From positions 19,113,365 to 19,177,364 of the forward strand of contig NC_092678.1 in assembly GCF_964355755.1 (NCBI RefSeq): a stretch of 64,000 nucleotides of DNA, written 5' to 3'. The number at the start of each line of letters is the position of its first letter. Position 1 is the stretch's first letter. The notes beneath the pieces were generated by a model. It saw only the letters and a list, made by a program, of their open reading frames with translations, was not told the DNA's origin and did no database searches. A program made the position numbers and the translations under genes. This document shows positions 1 to 11,400 of the stretch, in pieces. This stretch comes from Antedon mediterranea (taxonomy: Eukaryota; Animalia; Echinodermata).

Positions 1-310
1 GTCAGATCACCGAAGTTAAGCAACGTTGGGCCCGGTTGCGTTCTGGATGCATGGAGACCGTCTAGAAATCGTGGCGGGTGCTGTATATACTGGAGAGTGA
101 TGGTGTAATGGTAATATCGGACTAGCATGTGATAGGCATGGGTTCGAGGTTATCTGTACCATACTAATTGCATCCTTAGGCAAGATGCTTTACTCTCATT
201 GCCTAATCTGGTAGGCGCTGCACTGCTGGCTGCCGTGGGTCCGTGGAGGGCCTAATCCGAATTTCCTCACTGAGGACAAATATTAATACAAAATACAAAA
301 AAAATACAAA
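1..310 (+). mobile_element. SINE with 5S-rRNA-derived head followed by a tRNA-like segment (5' end cut by the window edge)
   Basis: 1-85 (GATCACCGAAGTTAAGCAACGTTGGGCCCGGTT...GGGTGCTGTA) resembles the 3' two-thirds of metazoan 5S rRNA with substitutions. It is followed by A-box/B-box-like TGGTGTAATGG...GGTTCGAG, a SINE-type body (CCTTAGGCAAGATGCTTTACTCTCATTGCCT) and an (ATACAAA)n tail. Confidence 0.7.
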
Positions 311-1499
311 TGAATCAAATTTTCCAATTAAAAAAAAAAATATTACTGTTTTTTCATACTGATTTTTGCATTTTTAACAATATAATGTATTTAAACACAG
401 AAGAAAGCATTGATTAGCTATGAATGAATGCTTTGTTTTTAAAGCTGTAACAAGTGTATATAATGTCCATTTATTATTATTTCCAAACAGATGGCAAACA
501 TTTTCACTGATAACCAAATAAATCATATCAAATTGCCAATAAATTCCTAATGTACCGGTATTGTATTTTCTCAAAATGTTTACGGTATTATGTTGTACAA
601 ATTTCGAGAAATATAAGTCATCCAATAAAAAATAAGACACATAATTTTAAAAACTATGACTTATAATATTAAGTTAGATGATAATGAATATGAAAAAAAA
701 TGTAGGATTTAAAAACAATACATTAAAATAATAAAATAGATGATAATGAATATGAACAAAAACATGTATTTGAAATCATGAACAATACACAGAAATGACA
801 TGGCATAATATTCTATTGTACTCCTGAAATGATTAAATCAAAAGTAAAATTGTTATAGCATGCAAAACAATTATTAATATATTAAATTATTATCATGATA
901 GCCATTTATGCTGTTATTATTATTACACATTTCGTTGATCAAATTATCAAATACTGAAAATGAAAACAACCTTTCTAATTGCTAATCCAAAAACAATTTT
1001 CATTTGTTCTGATAAAAATGACAAAGCGTATTTAAAATGATTATCAATAATAAGATAAAAAAATTAAAATACTCTGGAAAGGTCAAGAACAGATTTATGC
1101 GTTTATTTTCAACACTGATGATCAACCGAAACATTCCACGTCACAAATCTGTTACGTTTTTACTGTGATTTTATAATCGTATCGAACAGTTCGTTTGTGA
1201 CCTTAAAAAATGTATATTTTTTTTAATTGACCTTAAATACTTTCAGTAACACAATTATTGGTTTCTCTAGGAAGGCTACATTGCGTAATTAATTTCCCCC
1301 TTGGGAAGACCCCTGATACATTAATTATATCCTATGATAACTAATCGTTTTCCATCGCACATACTGTAGTTGTAATGTAGAGCTGTAAAACAGCATATGA
1401 TAAGTAGAAGGGACAGTTGGTGAATTAGGTACAGTATGTTGTATGATACAATCTGTAAATATAATGCCTTTTTTAGCCATACTCAAGAAACATTACATA

Positions 1500-1860
1500 C
1501 TGTATTCATGAAGAAAATTATTACATATTCATGAGGAAATTATTATATATTCATGAGAAAAATTATATACTCACAAGAAATATTATTACATATTCATTAG
1601 GACAATTATATTACATATTTATGATAAATATGTCTACATATTCGCATGAGGAAAGTTATTACATATTCATGAGGAAAATCATTACATATTCATGAGGAAA
1701 ATCATTACATATTCATGAGGAAAGTCAATACATATTCATGAGGAAAGTCAATACATATTCATGAGGAAAATTATTACATACTCATGAGGTAAAATTTGTA
1801 CAATCATGAGGAAAAGCATTATTTTTATCAGGAAAATTATTACATATTTATGAGAAATGA
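1500..1860. repeat. ~24-bp minisatellite (CATGAGGAAAATTATTACATATT)
   Basis: Imperfect tandem copies read directly. Confidence 0.85.
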
Positions 1861-3139
1861 TAATCTTTATATCTTTAATCATAAATGTGAAAGACGATAA
1901 TTTCATTAAAAAAAAACTTAAAAATTCATTTTAGTAGAATGAAAACATGTGAATACATGACATGGTAAAAATAACAGAGTTTATAGAAATGTTATTCTAC
2001 AGCATTATATGTACATTTTGTTTACTCTAAGTTAGCAATTTTAACTCAAGATAATCATAATCATACTATATTTATTACAGCGAACTTGCCTTTTAACTGC
2101 GTCGGAGAAGAATAGAAAAATAAATAATATAGTAGGGTAGGAAGGAGGGGTTACCGTGCACCCCCATGATGTATTTTTTTAATGTACATTTTTGTAATCC
2201 TGAATATATGTAATTAACATTTTTTGATGTTCCCAAGACGAAATATTGTCCCATGGGGTTTTTTGAGGGCCATTTTGGTGGCCATCTTGGATTTATCAAA
2301 ATCATAAATATAGACGGTACTTGACAAAGACTGATCATAGAGGTCTGATTTTGGTCTTAAATTGTTCAGAATATGCACATTTCTATGTACTATAATGAAA
2401 AGTTTTTGTTCAAAATGGCCGTAAATGCCACTTTTGACCTTTGACCTTGTTTTTACATAAGGGTCATATCTTGGTAACCCCTGGTCATAAAGATTTTATT
2501 TTTGTCTTAAATTGTTCAGAATATCCATTTTTATATTCGCTTTAATGGAACATATTTTTGAAATTTGACGGTAAATATCATTTTTGACCTTTGACATTAT
2601 TCCATAACGATTTTCGCAATAATTTAGGTTATTTTTGTATTCGACCTATATCTTGACAACGAGTGATCATAGAGGTTTGATTTTGGTCTTATATTGTTCA
2701 GAATATGCACTTTCCTATGTACTATAATAAAACATTTTCATACAAAATGACCGGAAATACGACTTTTGACCTTTGACCTCGTTTTTACATAAGGGTCATA
2801 TCTCGGTAACCAATGGTCATAATGATTTTATTTTTGTTTTAAATTGTTCAGAGTATCCATATTTATATTAGCTTTAATGAAACATATTTTTGAAATTTGA
2901 TGGAAAATATCATTTTTGACCTTTGACATTATTTCCACCCGAGGGTCATATCTCGGTAACCCCTGGTCATAAAGACTTTATTTTTGTCATAAATTGTTCA
3001 GAATATCCATATTTATATAAGATTTAATGAAACATATTTTTGAAATTTGATGGAAAATATCACTTTTGACATTATTTCCACCCGAGGGTCATATCTCGGT
3101 AACCCCTGGTCATAAAGACTTTATTTTTGTCATAAATTG

Positions 3140-3693
3140 AGACAATAACAAAATTAATGTCAACATCTTCATAATCTTAATTTATTTTGGAAACAGTACT
3201 GATAGACGGCTACAAAAATACATTCTAATCAAATTCTATTCTTCATTAAATAATGGAAAATTTAGGGAAAGAAAAGGGGATAATTGTATTTTACACGTGG
3301 ATGGTATTCTTGACATAACACTGGATCTGAGGACAGGTACCTTCCACCCATATACACCAAACCAAACAATACGCCATTATATGTACATCGTGAAAGTAAT
3401 CATCGGCCACCAATTACGCAATATACCACTAGCAATAAATAAACGACTCTTCAAACATCTCATCCGATGAAAATTCGTTTAATGCAGCAATACCTCAGTA
3501 CCAAGAAGCACATAATGGATATGAACATGAGCTACACCTGAACAAGCAACCAAAAAGAAAACCCGAAACAGAAACATCATTTGGTTCAATCCTCCGTACA
3601 GCAAAACGTAAAGACCAATATCGGACCCAAATTTTTATATTTAGTGGATGAGTGTTTCTCACAAGGCCATAATCTCCGAAAGACTTTTAATGT
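3140..3693 (+). mobile_element. Penelope-like retroelement reverse-transcriptase C-terminal fragment (degenerate)
   Basis: Frameshifted translation gives VFLDITLDLRTGTFHPY, KPNNTPLYVHRESNH and [32 protein letters not shown]-like segments, typical of the Penelope RT thumb/linker region. Confidence 0.75.
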
Positions 3694-3699
3694 TGGCAT

Positions 3700-4395
3700 T
3701 GATTGCTGGTGGTATCTACAATATCTAAGGTTACGCACGGTATACTTATGGTCAAACTTTAGAGGGTCTGCCAGGGCCAAGGCAGGGTACAGATAGTTTG
3801 TAATAGGTTGGTATTCCTTACAATGTGCTAAATCATATAACATTGGTTGCTGGTGGTATCTACAATATCTAAGCTAGACTAGTTGGAGGAAGAGGGTCTC
3901 TAGTCAACATTTAGAGGGGTCTGCCAGGGCCAAGGCAGTGTACAGATAGTTTGTAATAGAGGTCATTTGGTATTCCTTACAATGTGCTAAATCATATAAC
4001 ATTGGTTGCTGGTGGTATCTACAATATCTAAGCTAGGCTAGTTGGGAGAAGGGGGTCGTTAGTCGAACTTTAGAGGGGTCTGCCAGGGCCAAGGCAGTGT
4101 ACAGATAGTCTGTAATAGGTCATTTGGTATTTCTTACTATGTGCTAAATCATATAACATTGGCTGCTGGTGGTATCTACAATATCTAATCTAGGCCATTT
4201 GTGGGAAGGGAGGTCTCTAGTCGAACTTTAGAGGGGTCTGCCAGGGCCAAGGCAGTGTACAGATAGTCTGTAATAGGTCATTTGGTATTTCTTACTATGT
4301 GCTAAATCATATAACATTGGCTGCTGGTGGTATCTACAATATCTAATCTAGGCCATTTGTGGGAAGGGGGGGGGGGGGGTCTCTAGTCGAACTTT
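3700..4395. repeat. ~150-bp tandem repeat, about 4.5 copies
   Basis: The unit GCTGGTGGTATCTACAATATCTAA...GCCAGGGCCAAGGCAGTGTACAGATAG recurs at ~3704, 3849, 4008, 4166 and 4323. Confidence 0.9.
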
Positions 4396-4864
4396 TAGTC
4401 TGTCGTTACCCATTTAGTATTGTATGAACACAACTTGTTCATTTGGCATTAATTTTGAGTGGTACCTCACTCAGCTATGCTATCACCATTTGTAGGCCCT
4501 CCCTCGTGGGGGGAGGGGGGTCTGGTGGGCCTATTGCAGAGGACAAAATGTTTAGTGATATGATTTTGGTATATAGGTTGCAAATGGGCATCCCATGGTG
4601 GTGAAATTAGGTGGTATCTCTCTCATCTAATTGGTGCCGATTTGTTAGCACCTTTCGTGCCCCCCGGTATAGACGCAGCAGGGGGTACCCGGCAGACTTC
4701 CATTTACATTGACTTCAAGTGACCTCCAATTAACACACTTAAATAGTCAGATATTGGTACCTAGCTCATCTAACCAAATGTATCTGGGCTGCCTGTCTAC
4801 AGCCATTTACTGAGTATTCAGTACAGTAATACAATAAATACTAAGCGGTCAGAAGATGCTACTA

Positions 4865-5370
4865 ATCAATCAATCAATCAATCATTCGATTTATATAGCG
4901 CCATTCCAACAGTCATTGCTCATGGTGCTACCAAAAATATCAGAAAGTGTGAGTTTTGAGTAGTGACTTAAAGGTGCTCAATAATGATGTTTGTTTAATG
5001 TTCAAAGATAGGTGGTTCCAGCAGTACTGAAAGTCCGGTCTCCCCAACTATGTTTGCGCCTCTGAATGTCCAGTAGCACCTGATGACTAGATCTTATTTC
5101 TCGCTTTCTCTTATTGATTGTCGATCATTCTGAGAGGTATTTGAGAGCGCAACTATTTATGCATCGGAGCACCAGCAGGATCTTAAATTGAACACGCAAA
5201 TCCACTCCAAATACGAATGCCTCGGTCTTTTCATTAAGCTTGAGGAAGTTTAAGCCCATCCATGTCCTAATCTCAGCAGTGCATGCTTCTAAACGTTTTA
5301 CGGCGGTCAGAATCTCAGTCTGACGGGGCTTGACAGAAACATAAATTTGTATATCATGAAGTTGACCAGG
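4865..5370 (-). mobile_element. L2/CR1-clade LINE 3' fragment with internal deletion
   Basis: ORF 5125..5388 contains DIQIYVS...RLEACTAEIRTWMGLNFLKLNEKTE (late RT) joined directly to RVQFKILL (L2-type C-terminal region). An (ATTG)n tail lies at ~4865-4885. Confidence 0.75.
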
Positions 5371-5449
5371 AATATGTCCTCTATACATTTGACCTTAGAG
5401 GGTTAGATGAAGGCACTTCCTCTTATTTGGAAATTTCCTGATGTAGGGC

Positions 5450-5650
5450 GTGCCAAACTGTCATTTAATCATTAAAACAAGATATCACACTAGTATGAAT
5501 GAACTACAAGGGCATGGTGACAGGACAGTCTGGTCATGCAGTCCTATTCTTTCAGCCCATCTTATTGATCTAGTTGAGAAAACGACCATGGAGTTGAAAG
5601 AGTATGAAGATGATGAACAAGAAATTGAATTTGAGGTGGACGATGACTGA
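5450..5650 (+). pseudogene. Degenerate acidic C-terminus of a probable transposase, next to the right inverted arm
   Basis: GHG...VWSCSPILSAHLIDLVEKTTMELKEYEDDEQEIEFEVDDD* resembles C-termini I recall from invertebrate transposases. It ends just before the right TIR. Family assignment is from memory only. Confidence 0.4.
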
Positions 5651-7132
5651 ACATCTATTGCAGTAACTTGATAAATGGGTTTTGAATGAGTAGTTATGTA
5701 GACCTACATATACATAGTTTTATTTTGAAAACAGAAACATTCTTACTATATAAGAATTCTGTGAAAATTGAGGTCCTCACTCCTGGATATTCTGAACAAT
5801 TTATGACAAAAATAAAGTCTTTATGACCAGGGGTTACCGAGATATGACCCTCGGGTGGAAACAAGGTAAAAGGTCAAAAGTTGTATTTCCTGCCAACTTT
5901 CAAAAATATGTTTCATTAAATCTTATATAAATATGGATATTCTGAACAATTTATGACAAAAATAAAGTCTTTATGACCAGGGGTTACCGAGATATGACCC
6001 TCGGGTGGAAATAATGTCAAAGGTCAAAAGTGATATTTTCCATCAAATTTCAAAAATATGTTTCATTAAAGCTAATATAAATATGGATACTCCGAACAAT
6101 TTAAAACAAAAATAAAATCATTATGACCATTGGTTAACGAGATATGACCCTTATGTAAAAACGAGGTCAAAGGTCAAAAGTCGTATTTCCGGTCATTTTG
6201 TATGAAAATGTTTTATTATAGTACATAGGAAAGTGCATATTCTGAACAATATAAGACCAAAATCAAACCTCTATGATCACTCGTTGTCAAGATATAGGTC
6301 GAATACAAAAATAACCTAAATTATTGCGAAAATCGTTATGCAATAATGTCAAAGGTCAAAAATGATATTTCCCTTCAAATTTCAAAAATATGTTCCATTA
6401 AAGCGAATATAAATATGGATATTCTGAACAATTTAAGACAAAAATAAAATCTTTATGACCAGGGGTTACCAAGATATGACCCTTATGTAAAAACAAGGTC
6501 AAAGGTCAAAAGTGGCATTTACGGCCATTTTGAACAAAAACTTTTCATTATAGTACATAGAAATGTGCATATTCTGAACAATTTAAGACCAAAATCAGAC
6601 CTCTATGATCAGTCTTTGTCAAGTACCGTCTATATTTATGATTTTGATAAATCCAAGATGGCCACCAAAATGGCCCCCAAAAAACCCCATGGGACAATAT
6701 TTCGTCTTGGGAACATCAAAAAATGTTAATTACATATATTCAGGATTACAAAAATGTACATTAAAAAAATACATCATGGGGGTGCACGGTAACCCCTCCT
6801 TCCTACTAGACTAATAACAATATCACATGCAATGCTATCCATGTCATTATATAATTATAAATAAATGATTCTACATTTTATTTATGGCTGCAACACGAAA
6901 CAAAACAACCCTGATGTGTTTTCCACAAAACCTAAATTTTTGTTTTTGTTTTTAATTTTGTGTTGCGGAAGTCCCAAGTTGAATAAAAAAAAAAGAAGCT
7001 TTAGGAGCTTAAACGCATTACTAGCCAATCAGGAAGGCAGGATATGCATTAGAAATCAGGGAAACCTGCACATGTTTAGAGAACTTGTGCATGACAATTC
7101 TGACCAGTTGATTCATGAGCAGATGTTTAAGC

Positions 7133-7837
7133 GGGTATTGCTAAACACCGCAAACCCCGCAAACCCCCGCAAACCTCCAAAAAAACATAGCAAACCCCAT
7201 CGAACCAACATAAAAGTGATTGAATCATGTAGTGTACAACCCACTGGGTATATCCATGTAAAAAAAAAATTAAATTTCTACTGTTAACAACTTATTTTTG
7301 GGGTAAAACATCATTTTTTGGTCAAAAATGATTGCTAAACCCCGCAAACCTCCAAAAAAATATAGCAAACCCCACCGAACCAACATAAAAGTGATTGAAT
7401 CATGTAGTGTACAACCCACTGGGTATATCCATGTAAAAAAAAAATTAAATTTCTACTGTTAACTATTTATTTTTGGGGTAAAACATCATTTTTTGGTAAA
7501 AAATGATGTTTTATCCGCAAAAAAGTAGTTAACAGTAGAAATTTAATATTTATATACCCAGTGGGTCGTACACTACATTATTCAATCACTTTAATGTTGG
7601 TTCGGTGGGGTTTGCTATGGTTTTTTGGAGGTTTGCGGGGTTTAACAATAATATTTGACCAAAAAATGATGTTTTACCCCAAAAATAAGTTGTTAACAGT
7701 AGAAATTTAATTTTTTTTTTACATTGATATACCCAGTGGGTTGTACACTACATGATTCAATCACTTTTATGTTGGTTCGGTGGGGTTTGCTATGTTTTTT
7801 TGGAGGTTTGCGGGGTTTGCTGTGTTTAGCAATACCC
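7133..7837. mobile_element. Palindromic MITE (Mutator-like) with 9-bp TSD
   Basis: TIR GGGTATTGCTAAAC...GTTTAGCAATACCC; TSD TGTTTAAGC at 7124-7132 and 7838-7846; internally duplicated arms. Confidence 0.9.
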
Positions 7838-8309
7838 TGTTTAAGCCTACTGTTTTTAAATCATTAAGTTCCTGGATGGTTAGAGGGGGAATCCACAACC
7901 CATGTGATGAATCATGCTCTCTAGACTAATTCAATTAAGATAGGCCTACAGCTTTTAGTTTACACTTAATAGATAGTGAATAATAATAGTAACTGTATGT
8001 ATAAGATAGCTTACTGCTAAAGAGTAATGTATTTAAGTCACTTGAAACAATTATTTTTATAAATGTATGAACTGAACTGTAAAATTGTAAAATAAACAAA
8101 ATTATAATATATTATTTATATATTGTAAAGTCCTTAATTATTGTATAGTAAAATAAACAATTATTAACACACAGTCACATTCAATAATATCGAACTACCA
8201 TAAACATTAAGTTTAAAACAATAATTATAACACACCATCCTAGCATTTTGATTGGTTATTACAGTACTCTAATACCTTCGGTATTAAGTTCTATTGCATG
8301 GCAAAAGTT

Positions 8310-8492
8310 CAATTTAATGGTTCTATTGAATACTTCTATTGAATGGTTCTGTTTAATGGTTCTATTGAATGGTTCTGTTTAATGGTTCTATTGAATGGTT
8401 CTATTTAATAGCTCTATTTAATGGCTCTATTTAATGGTTCCAGTTAATGGTTCCAGTAAATGGTTCTATGTAATAGTTCTAGTTAATGGTTA
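8310..8492. repeat. Short minisatellite (AATGGTTCTATTT/G)
   Basis: Tandem ~13-bp units read directly. Confidence 0.8.
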
Positions 8493-11400
8493 TATTTTGC
8501 AATGGTAGGCTGATATAGACCGACCAATAATGTGTGCCATTTATAGTAGGCAGTCTTTTACTCCACAGCCAAACAAATTTAGAACAGTTAAATTAATTAT
8601 TAAAAATTAACATTTCTATTCGTTGAAAGCATGGGTACCTGTATACAAAAAATATATTTATTTTTTTGGAAAACATCATTCCTCTTTAAAACAAAATATA
8701 ATGCAAATGGACAAATCTCAAAATTATTAATCATTATATATTTTTTATATTAAAGTAATATCTTTACACTATAAATACAGAAGATATAGAAATGATAGTA
8801 ACAGAAAGACTGATTATGATTCAGAGACTGTATGCAGTTACTGGTTCTTCCTGTATTTCCTTTATTTGTAAGCCTACAAATATTTTCCTCTTTTAAGTTT
8901 ACCGCATACAGTACTGTAGGCTTTTTTTCAGTGAGGAAAGATTAGGAATCATGAATACAATTTAGAAAGAGGATTGCCTGTCCAATGGACGTACAGAATA
9001 TGGCCTAGAATTACAAATATATTGGTTTAAACATATTATAACATAGCCAAATGGCTAAGAGTTAATTAAAAGGTTCCTTAGTTCTAACGATGTGATTAAC
9101 GGTCATGCGGTTAATCAGGAGATAGAGTAACAAATTGCAGTGTACTATTTTTCTAGTACAGGCAGGCTTACAGTAGGCCTAGGCCTAACTATGGGTGTAA
9201 ACAACAATTATATGGGCCTAGCCTAGCCATCATACTGCATGATACTAAACATACAGTAGTATTTGTTTAATGCAGTATCTATATAAATTTACGTAAGGGC
9301 ATAATAGAAATTGAAACTAATTGTGGCAAATGTGATTAGAAATCACATGTACAGTAGCATACTACAGTAACATACCAATTTTCCAAGAACAAAGTCATAT
9401 ATTTCTAAAATATATCCAGTACCGTAGTTATAAGCAGTAAAAATGTCTGTATTTCCAAAAATAGACTATAAAAAGAAAAACATTGTTGTGTTGATTCAGC
9501 TACGAAATCAAAAGGAACAATATAATAATGTACAAAAGAATTGTTGAACTCCTAACAATGATGTACGAAGGTCAACCTGACTGATATCAACTGCTTTTGA
9601 TATTATTATTATATGATTTGCTATACCGGTATATTTGAATATTAAAGATGTATTGTCCCACAAAAACATGAAAAATGAAGATTAATTAAATCAGACTTTG
9701 AATAGGTTATTTTGTAGTTTTAATAAAGTTAATCACTTCCGTAGAAAAAAAAAGAAAAACAATTATGTTTTCACTAATATAAAAAAACAAAATAAATGGT
9801 TAAATTCAACTAATTTGACTAATTTTTGCTTTAAATTACAGTTTTTTCAGGTAAATACATTTTTTTTAAATCTAATTTTTGGTCAAAGTGGATAAATATT
9901 ATGTTACATTAAAATGGTATATTCAACAAAAACATTTTTAATCATTATTTTTTCAGGGGGACAATACATCTTTAATATCAATATGTAGTAGGATATAGTG
10001 ATACATTTATGTATATCTTGAGTCAGTTTTAAGTTATTTAAATGTATTGAATTTAAAATAATGTAGCTCAAACTGTTTATAAATTGCTGTGTATTCAATG
10101 TCAATATACAGTATTTGGATTTTGTTAACTTTTTTGGATTAGAAGTGTTTTTATAGTACACAGTAAATTAATTAAAAATTAATTTAAAAGTAATTAAAAG
10201 CTCACAAAAGGGAAAAGGAAGCCTTATTACAAAATTGAATTCATGAACCTATTTGAGACCATCCTGTATAGTATTGTACATTACAGCAGAATATGTTCTG
10301 CGTAAATTGGGTAGGGGCGGCGCCATGTACTCTATGACGGGTGCTAAACGGGTTCCAGCGGAGCGAACAAAATTTCTATGTTTTTTTTTCTTTAAAAAAA
10401 TGACAATAAATGATACATGACTTGACTTAAAAAAAAATAGATTAATGAAAAATATTTTTTATAAATATCTTTTCCTAATTCTGGATTTATAACTATGTGT
10501 CGTTAAAAATCATCTTCATGTCTTTCATTTAATAAATTAATAATAATCAAATAAAAATTAGGCACAACATAAACAATAAAATAAATTAAATGAAAAATAA
10601 TTCTTATCTTTGTCTATAATCTATGTCTATAAAGTCTAAAAAGCAAATGGTGACCTATAATAAAAAAAATACTAGAAAAAAACCTAAATACCCACCAAAC
10701 GTTTGAAAATGATAGTGTCCACACAGAAGTAAATATAAAATCCTAGAGCATTCGCTGCAACAGAGTTCAAACACAATCTGTGCAATGACTCGTACAACTG
10801 TCTGATTTGCGTGTCACCGTTTTTGCCCGTGACGTGTAGGGATTGCCGGTGATAACCAATACTTTGGCACGGGGGAAGTGACCCGCATAGAGGAGAGAAA
10901 AGCAAGTTTCCTGACGAGACTAATACGGCTGGATAGAACTTGAAAATTAACGTTTTTGATTCTCAAGGTTTTCTGAACCTGGAACGCGTTGAAAGATCGT
11001 GTTGCTGTGGATTTCGGGAAATAAAGTAATGAGATCAGAAAAATCAAAGTACCCGTGATTGATTTGATCACTCATCAAAAAAATAATAACAAAATGAGTA
11101 ATGATAGTAGTTCTAAGAAATAAAAAAAAAGTTAGTGCAGTTAAAATTGATTATGAGTAAACGATTCATGGTTAATTTTAATTTGTTTGTGCAATTTTTC
11201 TTTTACGGGAGTGAATGAATTTTAAATTTGCAATAAAATAGATAACTTTTTTTCTCCGAAAGTGGCCTTCTATAAAGGAAAAAGTCTACTTAATGGGACA
11301 TAGTATCAGTGATTGTAAAATGAACTTCTGAATTTAACATAGGTCCTATTATTTTGGATTTCAATTTTCAAATTTATATAATAATTGTATTCATAATTTA

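Larger units (their letters stand above)
2137..6806. mobile_element. Non-autonomous DNA transposon with ~1-kb internally repetitive terminal inverted repeats (foldback-like, possibly Academ-type)
   Basis: 2137-3139 is a near-perfect reverse complement of ~5785-6806. Termini are GTAGGAAGGAGGGGTTACC / GGTAACCCCTCCTTCCTAC. Near-identical spurious ORFs 2093..2338(-) and 6605..6814(+) reflect the inverted arms. The arms contain sub-repeats (GGTCATATCTCGGTAACCCCTGGTCAT). No clear TSD. Confidence 0.85.

Noticed and set aside
1-85. Functional 5S rRNA gene
   Set aside because: The internal control region is diverged, no T-run terminator follows the 5S end, and the sequence runs into a SINE body.
2093-2338. 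Duplicated small protein MISLCQVPSIF... (also 6605..6814)
   Set aside because: It lies in the inverted arms of a transposon; the duplication reflects the TIRs.
6865-7287. 140-aa ORF (and related 38111..38299)
   Set aside because: It runs from AT-rich flank into a MITE and has no protein-like features.
10814-11071. 85-aa ORF with a signal-peptide-like start as a third secreted paralog
   Set aside because: Non-ATG start, and no Cys pattern or similarity to the two cytokine-like proteins.
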